From assembly GCA_963727445.1 (NCBI GenBank), contig CAVSGI010000010.1, positions 1,312,001 through 1,376,000 of the forward strand: DNA of 64,000 nt. Direction: 5' to 3'. This document shows, one piece after another, positions 19,209 through 28,045 of this stretch. Position 1 is the stretch's first letter. Every line of letters begins with the position of its first letter. The translations under genes and the position numbers were made by a program. This DNA comes from an uncultured delta proteobacterium (lineage in GTDB: Bacteria > Myxococcota_A > Polyangia > Polyangiales > B10-G4). The notes under the pieces are model-generated. The model did no database searches and was not told the DNA's origin. It was given only the letters and a program-made list of their open reading frames with translations.

Positions 19209-19719
19209 GCTATCTCAAAACTCGTGGGATCTAAGTCTGCGAGGATTAAGGAGAAAGCGTTGGGGGATCGACGTCGGATCGGTTTTCTGATCTGCGGTCT
19301 GAATGGATCTGACCGATCAGCAGTGGAAAATCCTGGAGCCCCTTCTTCCTGAGCGCGACAGACGTAGGGGCAGCCCAGGAAGGCCACTGAGGTGACGCTC
19401 GTCGACGAAACGTTAGACGCGGCCTTCTTGGACGAGCTGCCGCAACGTTTGATCGGAGACAAGGCGTACGACAGTGACAAGCTCGACACGAACCTCCCGC
19501 TACGAACGCCGGCCAGAAAACTTCCTGGGCTTCGTGCAGCTCGGCTGTCTCGTCATCCTGCTCAGACAGTTCTGAATCACCCAGTTCGAGAAACTCGTCC
19601 GAGATTGATTTATCAGGCGCCGGAGGGAGGGTCGCACCCCGGGGTGTCCGGCGGTGCCAACGCGCACGCAGTGTCGCACCTGCGTTGGCACGGACGCGAG
19701 CGCTGAGTTTTGAGATAGC
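19209..19719 (+). mobile_element. Non-autonomous IS5-family derivative (internally deleted transposase) bounded by 15-bp inverted repeats
   Basis: GCTATCTCAAAACTC (19209-19223) and GAGTTTTGAGATAGC (19705-19719); visibly more AT-rich than the flanks; contains transposase fragments. Confidence 0.85.
19303..19575 (+). pseudogene. IS5-family transposase remnant (three joined fragments)
   Basis: MDLTDQQWKILEPLLP (N-term), [20 protein letters not shown] (catalytic region), [25 protein letters not shown] (C-term), all within ~270 nt and not in one continuous frame. Confidence 0.85.
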
Positions 19720-19721
19720 AC

Positions 19722-20339
19722 CTAATGGCAGGCGGCCCTGAGGGCCTCGCTGAGCTGCTCGAAGTGGGCGCGATCGGCCTCGGTCCACGCGTCGGGATCG
19801 GGGTTGGAGAAGAGGAAGTCGTCGAGGGCGTCGACGCCGCGATTGATCTCGCGGACCTGATCCGCCGCGTCGAGATGCACCTGGTCGGTCTGTTGATCGA
19901 TGGGCCCGCCCTCGCCGAGGGCGCGGGAGGGTTGAGGCTGGAACGTGCAGCCGACGCCGTCGGAGGTGCCGTTCGGTCCCTCGGTGCAGCGATAGGATTG
20001 GGTGCTCCCCGGCCCGTAGAGGCCACCCGCGGCGGCGGCGTTCCGGCCGCCACCGGCGATGCGCCCGACGACGTATGCGAGGGCGGCGACCGCGGTGAGG
20101 ATGTTCTCGCGCCGGTCGGCGTCCTCGACGCCCTCCCGCAGCTCGACGACGCGCTCGTCGCAGGCCGCGTGGATGTGCCGAAGCTCGACGCGGAAGGGGT
20201 CCTCGCTCTCTGGATCGATGTCCTCTTCGCCCTCGGTGGGCGCCGGGTCGGCGTGGGACACCGGGAGCCGCTCGTGCCGCGCGCAGCCCATCGGCAGCGT
20301 CAGGACCAGGACGACCAGCGCGGCGGTCTTCGCAAACAC
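19722..20339 (-). CDS. Hypothetical lipoprotein, paralog of 1022..1651
   Basis: Lipobox-like PMGC; shared motifs LPVSHADP, SYRCT, DALDDFLFSNPDPDAWT. Confidence 0.8.
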   Translation of the reverse strand: MFAKTAALVVLVLTLPMGCARHERLPVSHADPAPTEGEEDIDPESEDPFRVELRHIHAACDERVVELREGVEDADRRENILTAVAALAYVVGRIAGGGRNAAAAGGLYGPGSTQSYRCTEGPNGTSDGVGCTFQPQPSRALGEGGPIDQQTDQVHLDAADQVREINRGVDALDDFLFSNPDPDAWTEADRAHFEQLSEALRAACH

Positions 20340-20379
20340 GCCCCCAACGTAGACGCGGCCCCCGACCCCCGCCAGTGTT

Positions 20380-21471
20380 TCAGCAGCCGCAGCCGGTCGG
20401 CAGGGGCGCGATGCTGTTCAGGGACAAGCGGTTGTCGTACGACGTGTAGACCTCCTGGGGCGTGACCTGCAGGACGTCCGTGCCCTGGTCGATGAGCGCA
20501 TGGATCTCCTCCTGCGGGATGGTCACCCCATCCGCTTGGCGCAGGTGAAGCGCTCCGTCGTCGCCCACGGCATAGAGCAGCGACAGGGCCCCCGGCCCCG
20601 CCTCGCAATAGGGCCAGTCGGCCCGGGCGAGGACGAGCTCCTTTCCGTTCGCAGCCAAGAAGACCTGCGTGCTGAAGATCGACTCGTCCCAGGGACCCGC
20701 GGGCCAGCCCTCGGCGAAGTATTCGTCTTCGGCTCGGAGGCCGTCGTACTCGGCCTGTCGCGCCGCGTACTGTGGGCTCGCGCGGAAGAGGCGCTGCGCG
20801 GCCTCGTCGTAGAGGTCGGTGTCGTTGGGCACGTAGACCTCGCCGACCGCCTCTGGATGCGCGCCGAAGGTGCCACTCACACATCCGTCGGGATCCTCGA
20901 GCTCGGCCACGAGGTAGGTTCTGTTCAAGGCTTGCTCCCAGATGAACGCCGGATCGCTGAGACGTTCCAGCGCCGGCGGACCGACGGCGTCTTGCCTCTC
21001 GTCGAGCGCCGCCCGCTCCTCCATCGACAGCTCACCGAACTCGAGGTTCCACTGCGAGATCATGCGCACCATGGACAGCTCGCCCAGGTAGCCGATGCAG
21101 CTCTCCCCGGATGCCGAATGGGTGACGAAGGGCTCGCCCTGACGCAGCAGAAGCGGGAGCGGCACGGCGTCGATGTTCACGTCGCGGCGCACGATCATGT
21201 CCTCGGTCATGTACGGCGCGGTCAGCCACGCAGGATCGCCGATGGCGACGCTGTCGTCGTAGAGAGCTGCGAGCACCACCAGGGAGCGCTCCCCCGGCAC
21301 CACGAAGGAGAAAGAGGGAGGCGCGGCGTCGTAGCCCAGCTCCCCGTCGACGAAGACGCGCGCCTCCGAGGAGTCGTCCTCGACGACGCTCGCCTCGGTG
21401 GCGTCGATGGGGAGCGCGCAGCCCGAGGCCGCGCTGACCAAGAGGAGCAACAGTGTCGAGAAGAGCCGCAT
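20380..21471 (-). CDS. Hypothetical acidic lipoprotein with C-terminal CGC
   Basis: MRLFSTLLLLLVSAASGC signal/lipobox; ends PTGCGC*. Confidence 0.75.
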   Translation of the reverse strand: MRLFSTLLLLLVSAASGCALPIDATEASVVEDDSSEARVFVDGELGYDAAPPSFSFVVPGERSLVVLAALYDDSVAIGDPAWLTAPYMTEDMIVRRDVNIDAVPLPLLLRQGEPFVTHSASGESCIGYLGELSMVRMISQWNLEFGELSMEERAALDERQDAVGPPALERLSDPAFIWEQALNRTYLVAELEDPDGCVSGTFGAHPEAVGEVYVPNDTDLYDEAAQRLFRASPQYAARQAEYDGLRAEDEYFAEGWPAGPWDESIFSTQVFLAANGKELVLARADWPYCEAGPGALSLLYAVGDDGALHLRQADGVTIPQEEIHALIDQGTDVLQVTPQEVYTSYDNRLSLNSIAPLPTGCGC

Positions 21472-21584
21472 GCCCATTCGAAAAGCAGATTCCGGGCCGA
21501 CCGCGGACGCTCGGAATCCATGATGAATTCGGGCCTCGGCTGCGTCTCCACGCCCACAGAGCGGGCGCGAGCTGACACGAAAGC

Positions 21585-22229
21585 TCAGTGAGACAGGCCG
21601 AGGGCCTGGGCGCGCTCGTCGCGAAGCTCTTTGAACGCGCGCTCCCATTGGGGCGCCGCCTCGAGCCGCCACGCCTCCACCGGCAACAGACCGTGGGCGG
21701 CGAGGTCGTGAAAGAGCCGCCGCTCGTCGGCCGGCTCGCGGGAGAAGCCGAAGGGATTGCGCGGTCGATCATCGGGCAGGGTCGGGTACTTCGCGTCGTC
21801 GGCTTCGATCAGCGAGAGCAGCTCCCGGCCGCGCCGCTCCATCCGCTCGAGAAAGGCGAGGTCGAAAGGACCTACGTGACGCCGCGTCGCGGGATCCTTG
21901 CGGACCCAGCGCGCCCAGTCGTAGCCGTAGACGAAGTCGTGCACGTAGCGGAATCGGATGGGCGTCTCGCGGCCGAAGAGGTGCATCAAGGCGACCACGG
22001 TCTCGAAGGCGCGCGCCGCATGTGCTTCGGGCGACTCGGCGCCCTCCGCCTCGCGCGCGACGCTGAGCGCGAGATGATCGAGATCGCCGAAGATGTTGTC
22101 GGGGAACGCGCTCTCGATGGCATCGGTGACGCGCGCGAGACCCACCCCGATCGCGTCCACCAGCGAGGTCGACACCCCCACCTCGATCAGGGAAGAGACG
22201 ATGTCGTGCGGGCTCCGCGCGGCATTCAC
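21585..22229 (-). CDS. Hypothetical protein (RFRYVHDFVYGYDWARWV motif)
   Basis: The C-terminal ~215 codons of ORF 21585..23510 read like a globular protein, with aromatic motifs and PRNPFGFSREP, LLPVEAW; start is approximate (GTG). Confidence 0.7.
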   Translation of the reverse strand: MNAARSPHDIVSSLIEVGVSTSLVDAIGVGLARVTDAIESAFPDNIFGDLDHLALSVAREAEGAESPEAHAARAFETVVALMHLFGRETPIRFRYVHDFVYGYDWARWVRKDPATRRHVGPFDLAFLERMERRGRELLSLIEADDAKYPTLPDDRPRNPFGFSREPADERRLFHDLAAHGLLPVEAWRLEAAPQWERAFKELRDERAQALGLSH

Positions 22230-22279
22230 GGGCCCGAGGCTCGCCCATCGACCCCGTCGCCGCCCATCTCCGACGTCGC

Positions 22280-23227
22280 TCAGAGGCTCCACAGGATCGT
22301 CATTCCGATGAGGGTGAGGGAGAGATAGGTGGTGCCGCGCCAGATGCCGGAGTGAAGCAGCTTCTTGTACACGGCCTGGGCGGGGAAGGCGTTGGTCACC
22401 GCCGCCGTGCTCTGCTTGTAGACCACCTTCAGGTAGTCCCAGACCGTCCCGGTAGCCACCAGGCAGGCGATCTTGACCTCCACGTCGCCGAGGAAGACGG
22501 CGACGCCCCAGCCGATGACGCCGAGCAGCATCGACAGCTCCACCAGACGCCGCGCCTTGGCGTTGCCGAGCATGGTGGTGAAGGTGCGTTTGCCGCCCTT
22601 CTGATCCGAGCGCTCGTCCGAGAGCCCGGAGGCGATGGCCGAAGCGAGGGCGAGGGCGGTGAAGCCGGGGATGATCACCACGAAGCCGTTGGGCAACAGC
22701 TCGCCGCTCTGCGCGTAGGCGTTGAGCCAGGGCCCGGCCACACCGACCCCGAGCATCTCGAGGAGCTCGCCGCCGCCGCGGTAGTTCAGACGGAAGGGCG
22801 GCAGGGTGTAGGCGATGAAGATGGCGAGGCAGCCGATGGCGCCGGGGATCAACAGCGGTCGGTTCAGCCCGTAGCTGGCGAGGGCCGCCAGGCCCAGCGC
22901 CGCCGCGCCCGCGAGGAGACCCACCACCAGGAGCTGGCCAGCGGGGAGGATCCCGTCGGGGATGGTCTTCGGCGAGCAGCCTTCGGGGAACATCTGGCGC
23001 TTGATGCGATCGACGTCCCTGTCGCCCCAGTCGTTGAGGAGCACCACGTAGGAGACGTAGAGCAGCGTGAAGGCCACCCCGAAGGCCGCGCCGCCCAGGG
23101 AGAATTCCGCGGTGGCGCCGAAGCCGATGGCCTGCCCCAGGAGCATCGGCACGAGGAGCTTCGGCCAGCTCGCTGGTTTCAGCGCATGAAGCCAGCGATC
23201 GCGGAGCGACGTGGGGAGCGTCGGCAT
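22280..23227 (-). CDS. UbiA-family prenyltransferase, MenA-like (copy 2)
   Basis: LLNDWGDRDVD, PFRLNYRGGGELLE, DERSDQKGGKRT; multiple TM helices. Confidence 0.87.
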   Translation of the reverse strand: MPTLPTSLRDRWLHALKPASWPKLLVPMLLGQAIGFGATAEFSLGGAAFGVAFTLLYVSYVVLLNDWGDRDVDRIKRQMFPEGCSPKTIPDGILPAGQLLVVGLLAGAAALGLAALASYGLNRPLLIPGAIGCLAIFIAYTLPPFRLNYRGGGELLEMLGVGVAGPWLNAYAQSGELLPNGFVVIIPGFTALALASAIASGLSDERSDQKGGKRTFTTMLGNAKARRLVELSMLLGVIGWGVAVFLGDVEVKIACLVATGTVWDYLKVVYKQSTAAVTNAFPAQAVYKKLLHSGIWRGTTYLSLTLIGMTILWSL

Positions 23228-23232
23228 CGCCG

Positions 23233-24393
23233 TCAGTATGGGTTCGTCGGCTCGGGGTCGCCAGGATCGGGCGTGAAGCGAAGGACGAGGGCGAGGATCG
23301 CCGCCATCGCGCTCGCGGCCGCCGCGTAGTGGAACGCGCCGCCGCCCTCGGCGCGATAGAGCGGGCCCGCGAGGGAGATGGCGGTGCCCATGGCCAGGCC
23401 GCCCACGACGGCGGCGTAGATCGTCTGGGCCCGGGCGGCGAGGCCCATGGGGATGCGCTTGGCGAAGAAGGCCATCGCGCCGAGGTGGACCGCGCCGAAG
23501 GTGGTCGCATGCAGGAGCTGGGCGAAGACGAGCGCGCCGAGAGCGGTGGTCGAGCCGAGGATGCCCCAACGGACGAGGCCGGTGAGGGCGCCGGCGCCGA
23601 TGAGGGTCGCGGGGGCGAAGCGCGCCGTCAGCCGGCGGCCGACGAGGAAGAGGAGGATCTCGGCGATCACGCCGATCGCCCAGAGCATCCCGACGACGGT
23701 GGTGGAGTGGCCCGCCGCCTTCCAGTGGATCGAGCCGAAGGCGTAGTAGATGGCGTGGCTCGCCTGAGCGAAGGCGGCGGCCACGACGAAGACGTAGAAC
23801 GCCGGTCGACGGAGGAGGGCGCCCACGGGCGGCGGGGCTGGTCGGTCACGCGGAGGTGGCGGGTCGGGCAGGGCGAACCCCGCGAGGGTGGTGGTCGCCA
23901 TGCACGCGACGAGGGCGATGAGGATGACTCCCTCGTCCGTGAACGAGAGGAGCTCACCGCAGCCCACCGAGGCCAGGATGAAGGCGATCGATCCCCACAA
24001 ACGGATGCTGCCGTAGCTGATGCCGTGGCTTCGCTCGCGGGCCAGGGTGAGGGTGTCGGCGAGGGGGATGAGCGGGATGTAGGTGCCGTTGGTGAAGGCG
24101 GAGAGGATCGCGAATGCGACCACGCCCTGCACCTGGCCGTAGAGGATGAAGCCGGTGGTGGCGAGCACGCCGAGGACGATCATCGTCAGGCGGCGCTCTC
24201 CGGTGCGGTCGACGATGGTGCCGGCCAGAGGGGAGGCGACGACGCGGATCCACTGGCCCGCGCCGAGCACCAAGGCGATCGATTCGGGCCCCAGCCCGTG
24301 GGCCTCGAGCCAGAGCGGCCAGAAGGGCACGAGCACGCCCAGGACGCCGAAGAGCGCCAGGTAATAGACGGCGAGCCGCGCGCGCACTCCCAT
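23233..24393 (-). CDS. MFS transporter (HcaT/3-phenylpropionate-permease-like subfamily)
   Basis: PFWPLWL, YGSIRLWGSIAF, SHAIYYAFGSIHW, GVIAEI, QLLHATTFG; about 12 TM. Confidence 0.88.
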   Translation of the reverse strand: MGVRARLAVYYLALFGVLGVLVPFWPLWLEAHGLGPESIALVLGAGQWIRVVASPLAGTIVDRTGERRLTMIVLGVLATTGFILYGQVQGVVAFAILSAFTNGTYIPLIPLADTLTLARERSHGISYGSIRLWGSIAFILASVGCGELLSFTDEGVILIALVACMATTTLAGFALPDPPPPRDRPAPPPVGALLRRPAFYVFVVAAAFAQASHAIYYAFGSIHWKAAGHSTTVVGMLWAIGVIAEILLFLVGRRLTARFAPATLIGAGALTGLVRWGILGSTTALGALVFAQLLHATTFGAVHLGAMAFFAKRIPMGLAARAQTIYAAVVGGLAMGTAISLAGPLYRAEGGGAFHYAAAASAMAAILALVLRFTPDPGDPEPTNPY

Positions 24394-24501
24394 GCCGCCA
24401 GCCGCTTAGCCTCAGAGATCGCCCGAGTCGACCAATGATCGCCCCGGAATCGATCTTCTCTCACGAGCGCGGCGACGAGGCGGGGACAGGTGCCCCAGAG
24501 C

Positions 24502-25686
24502 TCAGTGGTCGAAGGCCTCGCAGCCGACCCCGCCGATCGAGGGGACGACGATGTTCACGCGTTGGGTCCCGAGGGCCGACAGGCCCCGGTCCCGATAGTG
24601 GACGTCGAGGGGGTAGAGCTGGGGCTCGGGTCGCGCCTCGAAGCGGTCGTTTTCGAGGGTGAGGCGGAAGGTCAGCTGAGTCCCGGGACGCACCTCGACG
24701 AATCTCTCGGCTCGGCGCACGGCCCCATCCGCGGGCTCCGCAGCCACGGCCGCGATGCTGCGGACGAAGAGGGTCGCGTCGACGCCGTCGTCCACGGGAT
24801 CGACCAGGGCGGCGTCGACGTCGAGCAGCGCGCCGTTGACAAGGTCGCGAACGGCGTCGGCGACCCCGCGGTTCAACCGCTCGCCTTCGAGCCCGATGTC
24901 GATGACAAGCGGCTGACCTTCGACGTCGCGCGCGCCGGTATCGCCCGCGATCGCGCGGGCGTGCTCGGCATCCTCGGGAGGCCCCGACCACAGGACGATC
25001 ACGCGAATGCCCGCGGCGTTCAGGGCCTCGACCGTTTGAGCGTAGGTGGGCGGCCGCGGCACGAGCGGGTAGCCGTAAGGCCAGACGTCCCCCGGGCCGT
25101 TGTGGAAGTGGGCGTCCGTGAAGAGCAGGACCACCCGCGCCGCCTCCCCCCAGCACGCGGCGCCCGTCGTGCCCAGGGGACACTCGCTCGGCGGCAGGAA
25201 CTCCGTGATCCCCTCGTTCGTCGCCAGATGATGCAGGGCGGGGATCTGCGCCTCGGGATCGTCGTTGCCGGAGAACGTATCGGGCATGAGCCGCCCGGTC
25301 GCAGCCCGGATGGCGTCCATGTCGGAGGTGATCGACTGGTAGCGCACGAAGGGCAGGTCGGTGCTCACGCCATAGGGGTAACGGGGGAAGTCACCAAAGC
25401 CCGCGATGCCCAGCCGGAGCTCGCCCAGGAAGGCCTCCTGCATGGCGGGGATCACCTCCGAGACCAGCCCATGGCGGATCTCGTTGATCTCCCCGTCCAT
25501 GCTCCCGGTTTGATCGACGAGGAGCATCACCTCGGCGCTCTCGAGCCTCGCCGTGAAGCTGGCATCGAGGAACTTGGGTGGCTCGAAGGCCGGCACTTCC
25601 ACACAGAGCGTCTGCTCCTCGTACGTGTGCGACTTGGCGCACGCAGCGGACGCGACCACCAGCACCGCCAGGGTGGCTCTCCTCAT
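24502..25686 (-). CDS. VWA-domain lipoprotein
   Basis: Lipobox-like SAAC; MIDAS-like LLVDQTGSM; GNDDPEAQ; VVLLFTDAHFH. Confidence 0.85.
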   Translation of the reverse strand: MRRATLAVLVVASAACAKSHTYEEQTLCVEVPAFEPPKFLDASFTARLESAEVMLLVDQTGSMDGEINEIRHGLVSEVIPAMQEAFLGELRLGIAGFGDFPRYPYGVSTDLPFVRYQSITSDMDAIRAATGRLMPDTFSGNDDPEAQIPALHHLATNEGITEFLPPSECPLGTTGAACWGEAARVVLLFTDAHFHNGPGDVWPYGYPLVPRPPTYAQTVEALNAAGIRVIVLWSGPPEDAEHARAIAGDTGARDVEGQPLVIDIGLEGERLNRGVADAVRDLVNGALLDVDAALVDPVDDGVDATLFVRSIAAVAAEPADGAVRRAERFVEVRPGTQLTFRLTLENDRFEARPEPQLYPLDVHYRDRGLSALGTQRVNIVVPSIGGVGCEAFDH

Positions 25687-25737
25687 CCCGACCTCCACCC
25701 ATGCGTCGTCGGGGCGGGGGTGGATTTCCACTCCCCT

Positions 25738-26547
25738 TCAGAGCAGGCGGATCGAGCGCCTCAGCTCCTGCACCACCCGATACGCCTCCGGGTCGGGCTC
25801 TTCGAAGGCGACGCATTGGAAGAGTCCCTCGAGCAGGGGGCGCACGGCGGCGTCGGCTCCCAGGCCGAGGAGCACTTCTTCGAGGCGAGGGCGAAGCGCC
25901 TCGGGGAGCGCTTCGGTGGTGCCGATGGCGTCCGCGGGCACCTCCTCGCTGAAGAGCAGCATTCGAAAGGCGTCGTCGTCGTCGACGTCCCGCCACCCCG
26001 CGGAGAGGATCCGATCGCCATCGTCGAGGTGGACGTAGGTGGCACCCGCATCCACCTCGCCCCCGTGCACCGCCCGCGCCACGCCTCGATGGCTTCCGAT
26101 GAAGCTCTGTGCAGCGAAGTGCAGGTCGGGATCGCGCCCGTCGTCGATCACCGCCTTTCGGGGCAGGAGATGACCGGCACAGGAGTGGGGGTCGACCCAG
26201 CCCACGTGCTTGCCTTCGAGCTCGGCCAGGGTGGTCACGCGTGATCCGGCTTTCACGAAGATGGCGCCCCGAAAGGCGCGCGAGCCATGCCGAACGCTGC
26301 GCGCCAGGAGATGCACGTCGGCGACCTCCTCCGCCTGGACGTAGACGGCAGGTGGGAGCCAGGCCATGGCAGCCGACGCCTGCTCGACCGCGGACAAGAG
26401 CTCGGCGTAGCTCGCGCAGGCGAAGAGCTGGACCTCTTGTCCGAGCCGCTCGCTCAGCACCTCGGCGAGCCCGTTCCTGAGCTCGGCTCCGCGTGAGCCC
26501 AGGCCTTGAGGACCGGTGGCGAAAACGAGGGGCACCTGAGGGCCCAT
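25738..26547 (-). CDS. PhnD-like phosphate/phosphonate substrate-binding domain protein
   Basis: SYAEL, AWLPP..YV, WVDPHSCAGHLLP, GSHRGVARAV..GEVDAGAT; no signal peptide visible. Confidence 0.82.
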   Translation of the reverse strand: MGPQVPLVFATGPQGLGSRGAELRNGLAEVLSERLGQEVQLFACASYAELLSAVEQASAAMAWLPPAVYVQAEEVADVHLLARSVRHGSRAFRGAIFVKAGSRVTTLAELEGKHVGWVDPHSCAGHLLPRKAVIDDGRDPDLHFAAQSFIGSHRGVARAVHGGEVDAGATYVHLDDGDRILSAGWRDVDDDDAFRMLLFSEEVPADAIGTTEALPEALRPRLEEVLLGLGADAAVRPLLEGLFQCVAFEEPDPEAYRVVQELRRSIRLL

Positions 26548-26555
26548 CGTAGCAC

Positions 26556-27356
26556 TCAGGGGCGGCGTTCGACGATTTCGGGCAGGGTCGGGGGATCGGA
26601 GGTGACGCCGATGCCGAAGAAGGGGTGGCTGCCTCCGTGGACCAGGGCGCGCACCCGACCCTCGTGGTCGAAGACCGGAGAGCCGCTGTTGCCGGGCAGG
26701 ATGGGGCAGTCGCTGAGCCAACCGACCGCGGCGGCATCGGGCCCGAGCGCATCGCGGGCCGCCGCGCCATCCGCCACTCGGCAGAGCCGGGTCTCGAGGC
26801 GATGCTGCGTGGCGTAGATCGGGTGGGGTGTGACCACCGCGACGGTCACGATGGCGCCGGGGGTGGGGCCCTCGCTGGCCACGGGGGCGGCCGGACGGAG
26901 GGTCGGCTGCTCGAGCCGCACGACGGCGTAATCGGCGCGCAGCACCTCTTCGCCCACCCCCTCGGCCACCTGCAGCACCTCCACCACTCGATGCCAGCGG
27001 GCGGGGTAGGCGCCGCTCTCGGGGAAGGCGACGAAGCCGTCTTCCACTTCGCCGCGGCGACGGCTCTGAGGGTCGAGGCAGTGCCCCGCGGTGAGCACCA
27101 GGTCCGGACCGACCAGGGTGCCGGTGCAGCGCTCGGGAGCGTCGGCGCCCGGAAAGACGACCATCCCCACCGAGGCCGGGCAGTCGTCGACCGAATCACA
27201 GAAGACGTCGAGACGCGGGGGCGAGCTCGGGTTGGAGCGGGCCACTGGGCCGGACGCGGCGCGGGGCGCCACGAGGGGCCCTGGGCTTCGGGGTGCCACC
27301 GTCGCGCAACCCATGAGGGCAGAGGCGAGCATGGCAACGAGCGGGAAGCGCGGCAC
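26556..27356 (-). CDS. Trypsin-like serine protease, lipoprotein
   Basis: Catalytic triad motifs CTGTLV..LTAGHC, DYAVVRL, GNSGSP; lipobox LMGC. Confidence 0.88.
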   Translation of the reverse strand: MPRFPLVAMLASALMGCATVAPRSPGPLVAPRAASGPVARSNPSSPPRLDVFCDSVDDCPASVGMVVFPGADAPERCTGTLVGPDLVLTAGHCLDPQSRRRGEVEDGFVAFPESGAYPARWHRVVEVLQVAEGVGEEVLRADYAVVRLEQPTLRPAAPVASEGPTPGAIVTVAVVTPHPIYATQHRLETRLCRVADGAAARDALGPDAAAVGWLSDCPILPGNSGSPVFDHEGRVRALVHGGSHPFFGIGVTSDPPTLPEIVERRP

Positions 27357-27404
27357 GGGGGAAAGACAGCTTGGGGCGAGAAAGGTTCCCGTGCCAGGCG
27401 AGCG

Positions 27405-27965
27405 CTAACGAGGTCGCATCCAATCGCCGCCTTCGACCTCGCCGCATGCGGCGCTCGAATCGAGGAGAAGATAGGTCCACGCCAGCCCCAGGCTTGTATG
27501 AATGATGATACGGCGATACATGGAGCCGTCTCGGCCGTAGCCTGCGAAATCCTCGAGCTCGTCCAGGTCGGCGAGGAGCGCAGCGGGGCGTGGATGGGAC
27601 CAGACCTCGCCGTGCACTTCTCCCTCACCGTGGACGAGCCCGGGATAGGACCCGAGATCGAGGAGCTTGCCTCGGACCACGACAGGACCGTGCAGCGTGG
27701 CTCCATGCGAGGTCATGAAGGAGTGCCAGCGACCCCCGCGACGCAAGGTCCCATAGACGAAGACATGCGGCAGGAGGCGCGGAGTGCCCGTGGAGAGGAG
27801 CATGACTGATACCTCTTCTCCATCGGCGTCGAGGGCGGTGACCACCTCGGAATCCGCCTCGGTGAAGGGACGAAGGCGACCCCGGAGGATGTGGCCGACC
27901 TGACCGTCCACGTCGACCACGAAGGCGTCGCCCGCGTCATCCGCTTCGAAGCATCGCGGCTTCAT
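27405..27965 (-). CDS. Gamma-glutamylcyclotransferase (AIG2-like) family protein
   Basis: VFVYGTLRRG, GSYPGLV, VHGEVW, LDELE, AWTY, GGDW; start uncertain (27965 or 28013). Confidence 0.85.
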   Translation of the reverse strand: MKPRCFEADDAGDAFVVDVDGQVGHILRGRLRPFTEADSEVVTALDADGEEVSVMLLSTGTPRLLPHVFVYGTLRRGGRWHSFMTSHGATLHGPVVVRGKLLDLGSYPGLVHGEGEVHGEVWSHPRPAALLADLDELEDFAGYGRDGSMYRRIIIHTSLGLAWTYLLLDSSAACGEVEGGDWMRPR

Positions 27966-28006
27966 CCATCGGTGATCACCCACGCGCGTCCGAAAAAACA
28001 AGGGGG

Positions 28007-28045
28007 TTGACATCGATTAGGATTGGTCGGACCATCGGACCAATC
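28007..28045 (+). promoter_or_regulatory. Sigma70-type promoter with overlapping FadR-subfamily operator
   Basis: TTGACA at 28007-28012; TGGT-CGG-ACCA at 28024-28034; outer palindrome GATTGGTC/GACCAATC at 28021-28045, directly before the GntR ATG. Confidence 0.7.

Noticed and set aside
19246..19788. ORF-track ORFs of 73-180 aa across the IS remnant
   Set aside because: Antisense or chimeric reads of transposase fragments; no intact transposase
21585..22229. Ferrochelatase label that I recall on similar myxobacterial proteins
   Set aside because: Too short and lacks HemH motifs; the recollection is unverified
27380..27400. TGGCACG upstream of the protease as a sigma54 promoter
   Set aside because: No GC at the -12 position
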